Below are positions 35,803 to 46,266 of a stretch of DNA of 64,000 nt, one piece after another. Source of the stretch: an uncultured SAR86 cluster bacterium. Its GTDB lineage: Bacteria; Pseudomonadota; Gammaproteobacteria; Magnimaribacterales; D2472. The notes beneath the pieces were generated by a model. It had not been told where the DNA came from, did not search any database, and was given only the letters and a program-made list of their open reading frames with translations. Positions within the stretch are counted from its first letter, which is position 1. Each line of letters starts with the position of its first letter. The position numbers and the translations under genes are program-made. Location of the stretch: NCBI GenBank assembly GCA_902557575.1, contig CACEAR010000005.1, positions 17,773 through 81,772 on the forward strand, in the 5' to 3' direction.

Positions 35803-36720
35803 ATGTTCTTTACTGGTGCATCTGGTTTTGAAGAGGGTTATGCCAAAAAAGATAACTTAGAAATTTATTACAGGGATTATGGACCTTCAGATGGTATTCC
35901 CGTCCTATTAGTTATGGGTCTTGGTGGGCAACTAACATTTTGGCCGCCTTACATGATAAAAAGTCTTCAAGATTCAGGCTATAGACCTATAGCGTATGAC
36001 AATAGGGACATGGGCTTATCATCAAGATTTAACTCTAATCCAACTTTTTTAAGTAACTATTTAAAATACTATCTAAACATGCCTATTAAGTCAGAATATA
36101 AGCTTGATGACATGGCTAATGATGCAGTTATGCTCTTGGATTATTTAAATATTAATAAATGTCATGTAATTGGCATGTCTATGGGAGGGATGATTTCACA
36201 AATATTGGTAGCCAATCATCCAGATAGATTTTTCTCTTATACACAAATTGCTTCAATGGTGTCGACACCCAATCCTTCAAATGGCCCAAGTTTTAAAGTT
36301 ATAAGATTATTACAAGAGAGAGCATTTAAAAATGCATCAAAAGAAGAGAGGATAGATAGGGCTGTTAGGTTAGTTTCGACTATTGGGATGAAAGGATATA
36401 ACTACAATACAGATGAATTTAGGAATGAAGTAGGTCAGTCCATAGATAGAAGTAAAGATGACACAGGTTTTATAAGGCAAATGGCTGCCATTCTTGGCAC
36501 TAAAGACAGAATTAAAAAAGTAAGTAATATTAAAACCTCGACACTTATAATTCATGGAGATATTGATCCATTAGTCAAACCAAAAAATGCCTTTCATGCT
36601 AATAGGCTTATAGCTAATAGTGAGCTTTTGATGATTGAAAATATGGGTCACTTAATTGAGGAACCTGTTTTCAATAAGTTTAAAGAGCAACTCATTCAAC
36701 ATCTGGATAAAAATTGTTAA
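35803..36720 (+). CDS. Alpha/beta hydrolase
   Basis: Nucleophile elbow GMSMGG, a late HGDIDP motif and ENMGH (His); 305 aa. Confidence 0.8.
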   Translation: MFFTGASGFEEGYAKKDNLEIYYRDYGPSDGIPVLLVMGLGGQLTFWPPYMIKSLQDSGYRPIAYDNRDMGLSSRFNSNPTFLSNYLKYYLNMPIKSEYKLDDMANDAVMLLDYLNINKCHVIGMSMGGMISQILVANHPDRFFSYTQIASMVSTPNPSNGPSFKVIRLLQERAFKNASKEERIDRAVRLVSTIGMKGYNYNTDEFRNEVGQSIDRSKDDTGFIRQMAAILGTKDRIKKVSNIKTSTLIIHGDIDPLVKPKNAFHANRLIANSELLMIENMGHLIEEPVFNKFKEQLIQHLDKNC

Positions 36721-38111
36721 CAAGTAAAGCTAAGATCGCATATGCAACGGGTGCTGTACCAAATGGTATCAAAGTTGATATGTTTACATTCTTTTTACTT
36801 TTTTATTATGGGAACGTTGTTGGTCTAGAGCCAGGATTAGCTGGCTTAGCTATTGCTATAGCATTATTTTTTGATGCTTTTACAGATCCAATTATTGGAT
36901 CAATATCTGATAGAACAAATTCTTCTATAGGAAGAAGACATCCCTATTTATTTGCATCTGTAGTTCCAATTGTAGTTGGGTATGTATTTTTATTTATGCC
37001 AAGATCAGATTGGGAATTAACACAAGCATCTTTATTTATCTGGATGCTTTCCTTTTGCATTATTACAAGATTCGGTATGACACTATTCGATGTCCCTCAT
37101 AGAGCATTAGGTGGGGAGATTACAAAGGATTATGATGAAAGAACATCATTATTTTCTATTCGAGAATTATTTGCATGGTTAGCAGGTCTATCAAATGCTT
37201 TTTTAGGCTACTATGTATTCTTTGCATCAACTCCTGAGTATCCAAAAGGTCAATTAAATCCTGACGCTTGGGCTCCCTTTGGTTATACAGGGGCAGCTAT
37301 TATGGGTTTATTTATTATTATTTCTTCAATAGCTACATTGAGATATGGAACTTCTTTATCGTCTTGGGAAGGAAGAATCACTTTAAAAGATATATACACT
37401 GAAATTAGACTGGCATTAACTAATAAAACTTTTGTAATATTCTTTTTTGGCTCATTTGGCTTATCGGTAGCATGGGGTCTAGGAAATACCCTAACGTTAT
37501 ATATAAATACTTATTTTTGGGAATTATCTGGAACGCAAATTACATTATTTTTACCAATGTATGTTGTGTGTGCATTCCTAGCATTTGCATTTGCTCCAAG
37601 ATTAGTAAAACTTTTTGAAAAGAGGAGCATAATTTTAGTATCTATGTTTTTAACAGGAATAATTTATCCAGCTCCACTTTTGCTTGGTTATTTTGATTTA
37701 ACACCTCCAAAGGGAACTTATCAATTGGTTATGTTTTTATGGATATTTATTCTAATTGGTATAACCAATAATATTATTGGCAATATGATTCGTGATTCGA
37801 TGGTTGCTGATATAGCTGATGAAGTAGAGTTAATTACTGATAAAAGACAAGAAGGAGTTCTCTTTGCTGCGCTAGGATTCCTGCAAAAGGTGAATACTGG
37901 ATTCGGAACTGCAATAGCTGGCTTTGTCTTAAGTATTATTGGATTTACGTCCACCAACCCCACAGATGATCAAGTTTTCTTTTTAATATCAGCACAAGGT
38001 GGCTTGGTTCCCATAATGCTATTAATACCTATTGCTATTTTCTATTTCTATAATCTTGATAGAGAAAAGCACAGATTAATTCTAGAGGAGTTAGATCTTA
38101 AGAAGTCTTAA
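36714..38111 (+). CDS. MFS/GPH-family (glycoside-pentoside-hexuronide-like) cation symporter
   Basis: About 12 TM segments. The N-terminal YATGAVPNG...FFLLFYY and DAFTDPIIGSISDRT motifs are characteristic of the GPH/MelB-like family. The TTG start overlaps the upstream stop. Confidence 0.7.
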   Translation: MLTSKAKIAYATGAVPNGIKVDMFTFFLLFYYGNVVGLEPGLAGLAIAIALFFDAFTDPIIGSISDRTNSSIGRRHPYLFASVVPIVVGYVFLFMPRSDWELTQASLFIWMLSFCIITRFGMTLFDVPHRALGGEITKDYDERTSLFSIRELFAWLAGLSNAFLGYYVFFASTPEYPKGQLNPDAWAPFGYTGAAIMGLFIIISSIATLRYGTSLSSWEGRITLKDIYTEIRLALTNKTFVIFFFGSFGLSVAWGLGNTLTLYINTYFWELSGTQITLFLPMYVVCAFLAFAFAPRLVKLFEKRSIILVSMFLTGIIYPAPLLLGYFDLTPPKGTYQLVMFLWIFILIGITNNIIGNMIRDSMVADIADEVELITDKRQEGVLFAALGFLQKVNTGFGTAIAGFVLSIIGFTSTNPTDDQVFFLISAQGGLVPIMLLIPIAIFYFYNLDREKHRLILEELDLKKS

Positions 38112-39516
38112 TAGCTTTAATTATTCTTTTCCAAAGATTTTTTTCAGTTGCACCAACTTTTGAGAGTGATAAATTTAAGAAAAAATTCTTAATGTGTAAA
38201 AGAATCTCCTCTTTTTTTGTTGTTTGAGCTTTATTGAATTTCTCTGTGAGAATTTTTAGCTGTATTTGATTTCTTATTTTTTCATCTTTTTTTAACGATT
38301 CAACATTGCATATCATTTCTATTCTTATGCACGATTCAAGGATTTCCTCTTTAGAATGCAGATCAAACTTATAATTAAATATTTCCTTGTATGAACTATC
38401 TAAGTTGGTTAAATCAGATGGATCTTTTTTTTCAGTAACATATTCAAATAGTTTCTCTAAATCATTAATAGATTCTTTATTTTTCTTCTCTTTCTCATCA
38501 TTACGTAATTGAATAATTTGATTCTGAAGAGATTTGTATTCTTTTGATTTATTAATTAGATCAAATTTTGGAAGCAATTCTTGAAGATCCGTAAGCTCAT
38601 ATTTTTTTAGATCTTTTAAAACAAGATTTAACTCATCAAGTTGGAGCTGTTTATTTTTATTTTGTTCTTCAAAAAACTTATCCCCAGATGATATAAATTT
38701 TTTCCATAATGTTTTTTCTAGTTTATGTGGCAACTTATCAAGAATGTTCCAATCTTTTTTAAGGTTCATATATTTAGAAATATTTTCATCCATATCTTCT
38801 GAATTTATTTTGGCAACAGATTCAATGATTTGTTCTTTTTTTAATTTAATTTGTTCGTTTTGTTTATTTATTTCATCAAAAATTGGTTTTTTAGCCTCCA
38901 TAAAATCTGATTTAAGTTTTCTAAATACATCGTCTCTAACAGGTGCATGACTATTCCATGAATCATCAAACTTTCTTAACTTGCTTCTTAGGATCCTAAT
39001 AGCTGGAAACTTATTATTGTTTTTCTGAACAAACTCATTTAGATCCTGGGTTATCTGTTGTTTTTTTGTTGCATTTATTAACTTTTGTTTATTGAGTTCC
39101 TCGAAGAAATCACCGCAAGGTAACCAGGCTTTATCAACATAAGTTCTAAATATGTTCCATTGTTTTTGTGAAGCCGTTTTAGATGTCTGATCCAACGCTT
39201 GCCACTGAGCTTGAATTTTATGAATCTTATCTGCTTGTTTTCGTGGGTTTTTAAGCGGGTTATCTGCTATTTCTTTTATTTTGTTTACTAGCTCGTCTCT
39301 TTTTGGGTTAGTTGCAAAAGATGAAATATCATCAAAATATCTCGAAAGGGCTACTGTTGCATTAAGCTTATGTTTGAGCTTATTAGGAATTTTCCCTTGT
39401 ATCTTAACTAATTTAAGTGCTTCTCTTGTGAGTTTTTGACCATCTCTAATAACACCGCTATCAAATGATTGATTCGCTTTTGATATTAATTCAATAATTT
39501 GATCAGTTCTTTCCAT
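38098..39516 (-). CDS. DUF349 repeat protein
   Basis: 472 aa and Lys/Glu-rich, with repeated W-x(n)-W-x-x-F modules (AQWQALD...QWNIFR, DDSWNSH...VFRKLKSDF, KKDWNILD...TLWKKF) as in DUF349. Confidence 0.7.
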   Translation of the reverse strand: MERTDQIIELISKANQSFDSGVIRDGQKLTREALKLVKIQGKIPNKLKHKLNATVALSRYFDDISSFATNPKRDELVNKIKEIADNPLKNPRKQADKIHKIQAQWQALDQTSKTASQKQWNIFRTYVDKAWLPCGDFFEELNKQKLINATKKQQITQDLNEFVQKNNNKFPAIRILRSKLRKFDDSWNSHAPVRDDVFRKLKSDFMEAKKPIFDEINKQNEQIKLKKEQIIESVAKINSEDMDENISKYMNLKKDWNILDKLPHKLEKTLWKKFISSGDKFFEEQNKNKQLQLDELNLVLKDLKKYELTDLQELLPKFDLINKSKEYKSLQNQIIQLRNDEKEKKNKESINDLEKLFEYVTEKKDPSDLTNLDSSYKEIFNYKFDLHSKEEILESCIRIEMICNVESLKKDEKIRNQIQLKILTEKFNKAQTTKKEEILLHIKNFFLNLSLSKVGATEKNLWKRIIKAIKTS

Positions 39517-39548
39517 TTTTTTGATATATCGCGTTTATAATTAGAGTA

Positions 39549-40523
39549 ATGAAAAATAGAATTTTAACAGGTATTACTACTTCAGGCACCCCACACTTAG
39601 GAAACTATTTTGGTGCTATTAGACCAAGCCTTGAATTAGCAAAAGAATCAACAGATTCTTTCTTTTTTTTAGCAGATTATCATTCAATTATTAAAGTAAA
39701 TAATCCCCAAGAGGTCACTTCATCTATTGAGAACATTGCTCTTGCATGGCTTTCAAGTGGATTGGACACTAAAAGCTCTTATTTTTATAAGCAATCTGAT
39801 ATTAGAGAAATATTAGAATTAAGTTGGATACTTCATTGCGTAACAGCAAAAGGATTAATGAATAGGGCACATGCTTACAAAGCATTAAAAGAAAACAATG
39901 ATGACGATAAAGGAATAAATATGGGTTTATTCTCTTATCCAATTTTGATGGCTGCTGACATATTAATGTTTAATTCAACACATGTTCCCGTTGGTCCCGA
40001 CCAGCTTCAACATTTAGAGATGACAAGAGATATTGCAAACAGATTTAATCATATATTTGGTAATACTTTTGAAATTCCAGAGGCAATTATTAATGATGAT
40101 GAGTCAATTCCAGGGATAGATGGAAGAAAAATGAGTAAATCTTATAACAATGTAATTCCTTTACTTTGTGATGAAAAAACATTAAGAAAATCAATTATGA
40201 AGATTGTAACTAACTCACTTGAGCCTGGTGAGCCCAAAGATCACAAAACTTGTAATGTTTTTAATATTTATACGAATTTTGCATCAGATGAAGAAATAGC
40301 TGAACTCAAGGAAGAATATAATGATGGGATATCTTGGGGTGACGCTAAAAATAAGCTTTTTGATAAGGCAAATGATTCTCTACTACCAATACGTGATAGA
40401 TATTTTGAATTAAAAGAGCAAAAAGACTTAGTAAAAGATCATCTTTCTGACGGAGCAAAAAAAGTTCGTCCATTAGCTCAAGAATTCATTGAAGAAATTC
40501 GTTCAAAAATAGGTATCTCTTAA
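39549..40523 (+). CDS. trpS: Tryptophan--tRNA ligase
   Basis: The HIGH-type motif TPHLGNY and the KMSKS motif are present; 324 aa, the class Ic size. Confidence 0.9.
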   Translation: MKNRILTGITTSGTPHLGNYFGAIRPSLELAKESTDSFFFLADYHSIIKVNNPQEVTSSIENIALAWLSSGLDTKSSYFYKQSDIREILELSWILHCVTAKGLMNRAHAYKALKENNDDDKGINMGLFSYPILMAADILMFNSTHVPVGPDQLQHLEMTRDIANRFNHIFGNTFEIPEAIINDDESIPGIDGRKMSKSYNNVIPLLCDEKTLRKSIMKIVTNSLEPGEPKDHKTCNVFNIYTNFASDEEIAELKEEYNDGISWGDAKNKLFDKANDSLLPIRDRYFELKEQKDLVKDHLSDGAKKVRPLAQEFIEEIRSKIGIS

Positions 40524-40527
40524 TAAA

Positions 40528-41712
40528 GTGAAGAAACCAATGTTCTGGCTAAAATCAGGGCTTTTTGCTGTTGGTCTTGGTATGTCCTTTGTTTATGCAA
40601 TCATTCCACCATTAGCAAGAGACTTAGGCCTTTCAGAAATACAAGCTTCATTTATTTTTTCTTTATCTGCTGTAGCTTGGGCAATGACATCTGCACCATG
40701 GGGTAGAGCGTCTGATAAATATGGGAGAAGAAATATAGCAATACTTGGATATATTGGATATTCAATATCCATGATAATTCTTATATTGCCAATATATCTA
40801 GCAGATAAAAATATTCTAAGCGCTGCATTTGTATTTCCACTTTTAATATTAGGCAGAACCATCTATGGATTATTGGGATCAGCTACAAGACCTGCATCGT
40901 TTGCTTATATTGCTGACATTACACCTAAAAGCAAGAGAACCAAGAAATTTGCAAGGTTTGAATCAAATTTTCTTTTAGGCACATTGGTTGGTCCGCTTTT
41001 AGGAGGGTATTTATATTTGATTTCAGCATTAGCCCCCTTTATTTTCTTCTCTATTTTAGGAATCGTAGTTGCGACGGGAGTATTCTTTACACTTGAAAAT
41101 AAGCCTATGAAGGTCTCAGAAATTCCAACAGCTAAATTATCGAGACTCGCGCCTACCGTATGGCCTTATTTAGTATTTGCATCAGTATTGAGTCTTTGCT
41201 CAGCATCGTTATTACAATCTATTGGTTTTTATTTAACAGACAATTTCGATAATCTTGAAGATATAACATTATTGATAAGTTTTACATTTGTTCTTTTATC
41301 AATATCTACAATCGTTAGTCAAAATATGTTTACTAGTATGTTTAATTTAAATAACTATAAATTACTGATATATGGTTGTTTAATACTTACTGTTTCATAT
41401 TGTGTAATGGCTATATCAGACTCGATTGCAACATATTTTTCTTCTATTATCCTTCATGGAGTGGGTTTGGGCATGGTTAGACCTGCTAATTCATCAGGAC
41501 TTTCAATAGCGCAACAACCTGAATATCAAGGTGAAGCCGCTGGACACTTGGGATCAGTTCTTCCTATAGGTCATATACTCACACCTATAGTAGCTATGCC
41601 TTTGTACATTTATAATAGCTCATTGTTGTACTTCGCAAGCGGAATTTTATGCTTTATTTTGTTTGTTTTTATAGTATTACACCCAATATTTAAATATAGA
41701 TATGAAGACTAA
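40528..41712 (+). CDS. MFS transporter
   Basis: 12 predicted TM segments and the MFS loop motif GRASDKYGRR. The start is GTG at 40528 or ATG at 40540. Confidence 0.75.
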   Translation: MKKPMFWLKSGLFAVGLGMSFVYAIIPPLARDLGLSEIQASFIFSLSAVAWAMTSAPWGRASDKYGRRNIAILGYIGYSISMIILILPIYLADKNILSAAFVFPLLILGRTIYGLLGSATRPASFAYIADITPKSKRTKKFARFESNFLLGTLVGPLLGGYLYLISALAPFIFFSILGIVVATGVFFTLENKPMKVSEIPTAKLSRLAPTVWPYLVFASVLSLCSASLLQSIGFYLTDNFDNLEDITLLISFTFVLLSISTIVSQNMFTSMFNLNNYKLLIYGCLILTVSYCVMAISDSIATYFSSIILHGVGLGMVRPANSSGLSIAQQPEYQGEAAGHLGSVLPIGHILTPIVAMPLYIYNSSLLYFASGILCFILFVFIVLHPIFKYRYED

Positions 41713-42706
41713 AAAAGGACTGTTACTTATAAACCTTGGAACTCCGGATGATCCAGGATATTTATCTGTTTTTAAATACTTAAGACAATTCTTAATGGAT
41801 CCAAAAGTTATTACTGTTCCATATATTCTTAGATTTATTCTAGTCACACTTATTATTGTTCCTTTCAGGGCTTTTAGTTCTGGAAAGATTTATAAAAAAA
41901 TCTGGACTGGAAATGGCTCGCCTCTCATAGTAAATACATCGGCTTTAGCTGATAAGGTTAGTAAAAAAGTCCCACACATTGATGTGGAATTTGCTATGAG
42001 ATATCAATCTCCCTCTATCGAAGATAAATTAAAAAAGTTAATTTCTCAAAATCTTGATGAAATTATAATACTTCCTTTATTTCCTCAATATAGCACTGCA
42101 ACAACCGGATCCGTTTTTGATGAAATTTCTAGAGTTCTAAAAAAACAGAGTGTTACACCTTCTATAAAGTTTATAAATCAATTTTATGAAAAAGAATCAT
42201 TTATAGATTCTTGGGAGGATAAGCTGAAATCATTTGATGTTGATAAGTATGATCACATCTTATTTAGTTATCACGGATTACCAACTAAAGCGGTTGATGA
42301 TATATATGATGATTCTCTTTGTGCTGACAACAATTGCGAAAATGAAATAACTAATAAAAATAAGTTTTGCTATAAAGCAACGTGTTATGAGACTACTAGG
42401 CTTATTGCAAATAGATTTAATCTTTCACCAAATAAATACACAGTTTCATTCCAGTCGAGATTAACAAAAAACTGGCTTGAACCCTTTACCGATGAGGTTC
42501 TAGAAAGTTTTCCAAGCAAAGGCATTGAAAATATACTTGTTCTTTCACCCGCTTTTACAGCCGATAATTTAGAAACATTATATGAAATAGATGATGAATA
42601 TAAGGAGTTATTTATAGAAAATGGAGGTAAATCATTAACTATGGTACCTTCATTAAATGATTCATCTAAATGGGCAGATTCAATAGTAGATATAATAGAT
42701 GTATAG
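41702..42706 (+). CDS. hemH: Ferrochelatase
   Basis: LLINLGTPD N-terminus, LPLFPQYS, and FSYHGLP (catalytic His context); 334 aa. Confidence 0.9.
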   Translation: MKTKKGLLLINLGTPDDPGYLSVFKYLRQFLMDPKVITVPYILRFILVTLIIVPFRAFSSGKIYKKIWTGNGSPLIVNTSALADKVSKKVPHIDVEFAMRYQSPSIEDKLKKLISQNLDEIIILPLFPQYSTATTGSVFDEISRVLKKQSVTPSIKFINQFYEKESFIDSWEDKLKSFDVDKYDHILFSYHGLPTKAVDDIYDDSLCADNNCENEITNKNKFCYKATCYETTRLIANRFNLSPNKYTVSFQSRLTKNWLEPFTDEVLESFPSKGIENILVLSPAFTADNLETLYEIDDEYKELFIENGGKSLTMVPSLNDSSKWADSIVDIIDV

Positions 42707-42715
42707 GGAGGAAAT

Positions 42716-43588
42716 ATGTTTAAAGATGATTTACTAAAAGATAAGAGGATTTTAGTCACTGGAGGGGGAACTGGTCTTGGGAAAGAAATGGCAACTCACT
42801 TCGCAAAACATGGTGCTCAAGTTTATATTTGTGGAAGACGTGGAAATGTTTTGGAAGATACGGCTAATGAGCTAAAAGAAAAATATGGTGTTGATGTTAA
42901 ACATGAGCCTCTAGATATTAGATCACCACAAGATGTTGACGATTTCATAGGTAGAATTTTTGATGAAGGTCCTCTCGATGGCCTTGTAAACAATGCAGCA
43001 GGTAATTTTATTTCACCAACAAAGGATTTATCTTCAAGAGGGTTTGATGCAATTGCAAATATAGTTTTCCATGGAACTTTTTATGTAACTCATTCAGTTG
43101 GTAAAAGATGGATAGAGCAAAAATGTAAAGGCTCAATAATTTCTATATTAGCTACATGGGTGTGGACAGGATCTGCTTATGTTGTGCCTTCAGCTATGTC
43201 AAAAACTGGATTAGATGCAATGACAAAATCATTGGCCGTTGAATGGGGTCCATATGGAATTAGACTGAACTCTATTGCCCCTGGGCCTTTCCCAACAGAA
43301 GGTGCATGGGCCAGATTAAGTCCAAAGGGGGATATAAGTGAAGATACCTATAAAGCTATTCCTTTGGGAAGAGCAGGAAAAATGGAAGAATTACAAAATC
43401 TAGCAACTTTTTTAATGGCTGATGGTTGTGAATATCTTACTGGACAGACTATTGCCCTAGATGGTGCTCAGTATTTAAGTGGCGGTGGAACTTTCTCTAA
43501 TTTATCAGAACTTTCAGACAATGATTGGTCTGAAATAAGAGATATAATAAGAAAAGCTAACAATAAAGATAAACAGAATAGATCTTAA
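42716..43588 (+). CDS. SDR family, 2,4-dienoyl-CoA reductase-like
   Basis: VTGGGTGLGK and NNAAGNF motifs. The active-site region PSAMSKTG lacks the classical Tyr, as in DECR-type reductases. Confidence 0.75.
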   Translation: MFKDDLLKDKRILVTGGGTGLGKEMATHFAKHGAQVYICGRRGNVLEDTANELKEKYGVDVKHEPLDIRSPQDVDDFIGRIFDEGPLDGLVNNAAGNFISPTKDLSSRGFDAIANIVFHGTFYVTHSVGKRWIEQKCKGSIISILATWVWTGSAYVVPSAMSKTGLDAMTKSLAVEWGPYGIRLNSIAPGPFPTEGAWARLSPKGDISEDTYKAIPLGRAGKMEELQNLATFLMADGCEYLTGQTIALDGAQYLSGGGTFSNLSELSDNDWSEIRDIIRKANNKDKQNRS

Positions 43589-43606
43589 TTTAGCTTGGAG
43601 GATATT

Positions 43607-45034
43607 ATGGAAAATCAAAGGACAATGGAAGAAGTTCTAAAACTTCAAAGAGATCATTATTTGAATGAAGGCCCGCCTTCATATGAATTAAGAATCGATA
43701 GATTAGACAGAGTTAAAGATATGGTTATTCAAAATAAAGAAAGAATAACTGAAGCATTAGACGCTGACTTTGGAGCAAGATCACCTAATCAATCTCTAAT
43801 ATCTGATGTTTATGGCGTTCTCCCTGCATTTTCTCATGCAAAAAAACATTTAAAGTCTTGGATGAAGGATGAAAAGAGAAAATCTAACTTTCCGTTTGGA
43901 CTAATGGGAGCTAAGTCATATATTCATAGGGAGCCGCTTGGAGTCGTTGGAATGATATCACCATGGAACTTTCCAATGTATTTATCTCTTGCTCCTTTAG
44001 CTGGAATCTTTAGTGCGGGCAATCAGGTGATGCATAAGCCTAGTGAATTTACTCCTATTACTTCTGAGCTTCTAAAAGAAATTTGTGACAGTGCTTTTGA
44101 TGAAACTGAATTTGCAACTTTTCTAGGTGGTCCTGATGTAGGCGCCGCTTTTACTCAGCTTAAGTTTGATCATTTGCTATTTACAGGAAGTGGAAATATC
44201 GGAAAGCATGTAATGCGTGCGGCTTCGGAAAATCTGGTTCCATTAACATTAGAGCTTGGAGGAAAATCTCCAGTTATAGTCAGCGATTCTTCAAATATAG
44301 ATATAACAGCACGAAGAGTAATGTTTAATAAGACTCTTAATGCAGGTCAAATATGTCTAGCGCCTGATTATGTTTATGTGCATGAAACAGAGAAGGATAA
44401 TTTTGTAGAAGCATGTAAGGATCAAGTTAATGAATTTTATAGCGATCTTAAATATAACCCTGACTATACATCAGTAATAAATCAGAAACATTATGATAGA
44501 TTAAATGGTCTTCTGACAGACGCCAAAGATCATGGTGCAGAGCTTGTGGAAATTAATCCAGCAAATGAAGATTTCTCCCAGCAAGAGTCACATAAAATTC
44601 CTCCAACACTTGTTCTAAATCCAACTGATGAAATGCAGATAATGAAAGAAGAGATTTTTGGTCCCTTACTTCCAATAAAGACTTACAAGGACATAAATGA
44701 ACCAATTAACTATATAAACAAAAATGATAAACCATTGGGTTTATATTATTTTGGTAACAATAAGAATGAAGAAGCAAAAGTTGTTAACTCAACAACCTCT
44801 GGCGGAGTTACTGTTAATGACATTATGGGACATATTCAACAAAATGAATTAGGTTTTGGAGGAGTTGGTCCATCTGGAATGGGCAAATATGATGGTTTTG
44901 AGGGATTTATGAACTTTTCGAACAATAAACCAATTTATAAGCAAATAGGATTTGGTTTAGATAAATTGCTTGATGCTATAAGACCTCCATATAAAGGTAG
45001 TATAGAAGACGTTCTAAAAAAACTATTAAAGTAA
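43607..45034 (+). CDS. Aldehyde dehydrogenase (coniferyl/fatty aldehyde dehydrogenase-like, ALDH3-type)
   Basis: ELGGKSP, catalytic Cys in NAGQICLAPDY, and EEIFGPLLPI. I prefer the ATG at 43607, preceded by ggagga, over the TTG at 43595. Confidence 0.85.
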   Translation: MENQRTMEEVLKLQRDHYLNEGPPSYELRIDRLDRVKDMVIQNKERITEALDADFGARSPNQSLISDVYGVLPAFSHAKKHLKSWMKDEKRKSNFPFGLMGAKSYIHREPLGVVGMISPWNFPMYLSLAPLAGIFSAGNQVMHKPSEFTPITSELLKEICDSAFDETEFATFLGGPDVGAAFTQLKFDHLLFTGSGNIGKHVMRAASENLVPLTLELGGKSPVIVSDSSNIDITARRVMFNKTLNAGQICLAPDYVYVHETEKDNFVEACKDQVNEFYSDLKYNPDYTSVINQKHYDRLNGLLTDAKDHGAELVEINPANEDFSQQESHKIPPTLVLNPTDEMQIMKEEIFGPLLPIKTYKDINEPINYINKNDKPLGLYYFGNNKNEEAKVVNSTTSGGVTVNDIMGHIQQNELGFGGVGPSGMGKYDGFEGFMNFSNNKPIYKQIGFGLDKLLDAIRPPYKGSIEDVLKKLLK

Positions 45035-46266
45035 TGCTTAAACTTTCAGCCTCTCTTGGCCTAAAGTATTTTAGATCAAGCAAAGGAGCATTCGTATCCT
45101 TTACTTCCATTATGGCTGTTATGGGTTTAACTATTGGTGTGGCGGCACTCATCATCGTTACATCAGTCATGAATGGGTTTGAAAAAGAACTAAGAGATAG
45201 AATATTAGGTGTAATACCTCACGTATTAATTCATTCAAAAGAACCTATTTCTAATTATGAGTTACTAATTGATCAAATAGAGAAAAATCCAGATGTTGTG
45301 GCAGCAGCGCCATTTATTCAAACTCAGGCATTGATATCTATTGGTAATAGATCAAAGGGAATTGCTCTGACTGGAATAGATGTAAAGAAAGAGTCTGAAG
45401 TTTCAATACTTCCCAATAATATGTTGATGGGCTCCTTAGAATCATTGAATGATAACGAAATCATTCTGGGGTATTGGTTAGCAGCTCATTTAGGAACTTC
45501 TGTTGGTGATGAGGTAAATATAACAACTTCAGAAATGAGACCATCCATAATTGGATCTTTCCCTAGAAGCTTTAAATTTATTGTTTCAGGTATTTTTGAA
45601 TTAAAGGCTGAGCCAGATCAGAATTTGGCTTTAATCACTCACAAGTCTGCTCAAAAAATTAAAGGATTTGAGGATGCAACAGAAAATATAAGATTAAAGG
45701 TTACAGATATTATGAATTCGAGAGTTATTGGTTCAGATATTGTTTTAGAAATATCTACTCAAGACGAAATATATGCATCATCAACCTGGGAAAAAACTCA
45801 TGGAACCTTATTTCAAGCGGTCCAATTAGAAAAATTAATAATAGGTATTCTGGTTTTCTTAATTATTGGTGTAGCTGCCTTTAATGTTCTTTGTACAACA
45901 ATTATGAGTGTAAGATCTAAAGAAAGAGAGATAGCTATTCTCAAAACAATTGGTGCATCAGACTTTACAATTGTAACTATTTTTATCTTTCAAGGTTTAT
46001 ATATATCAATGTTGGGTATCATTTCTGGCCTCATATTGGGGATATTAATTACATTAAATCTTGATCCTTTAATAAACTTTATTGAAACATTAATTAATAG
46101 ATCATTATTGGATAATTACTTTATTAATTATTTTCCATATGCTTTTAACTTTAATCAAATAACTTTAGTTCTACTTTCTTCATTTCTTTTATGTTTTATT
46201 TCTTCTGTTTGGCCATCAACAAGAGCAGCTAAATTGAATCCTAATGAGGTTCTAAGACATGAATAA
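45034..46266 (+). CDS. Lipoprotein-releasing ABC transporter permease (LolC/LolE-type, single copy)
   Basis: LKYFRSSKGAFVSFTSIMAVMGLTIGVAALIIVTSVMNGFEKELRDRILG is the canonical LolC/E N-terminus, with an FtsX-type C-terminal 3-TM bundle. TAATG overlap with the ALDH stop. Confidence 0.85.
   Translation: MLKLSASLGLKYFRSSKGAFVSFTSIMAVMGLTIGVAALIIVTSVMNGFEKELRDRILGVIPHVLIHSKEPISNYELLIDQIEKNPDVVAAAPFIQTQALISIGNRSKGIALTGIDVKKESEVSILPNNMLMGSLESLNDNEIILGYWLAAHLGTSVGDEVNITTSEMRPSIIGSFPRSFKFIVSGIFELKAEPDQNLALITHKSAQKIKGFEDATENIRLKVTDIMNSRVIGSDIVLEISTQDEIYASSTWEKTHGTLFQAVQLEKLIIGILVFLIIGVAAFNVLCTTIMSVRSKEREIAILKTIGASDFTIVTIFIFQGLYISMLGIISGLILGILITLNLDPLINFIETLINRSLLDNYFINYFPYAFNFNQITLVLLSSFLLCFISSVWPSTRAAKLNPNEVLRHE

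Noticed and set aside
35275-38111. Possible genomic island integrated at tRNA-Ser
   Set aside because: There is no integrase, no direct repeat of the tRNA 3' end that I could find downstream, and the flanking genes look like ordinary metabolic genes with the same compositional feel.
42385-42759. 124-aa minus-strand ORF
   Set aside because: It is antisense to the 3' end of hemH and the 5' end of the SDR gene. It has no SD or motif, so it is a shadow ORF.
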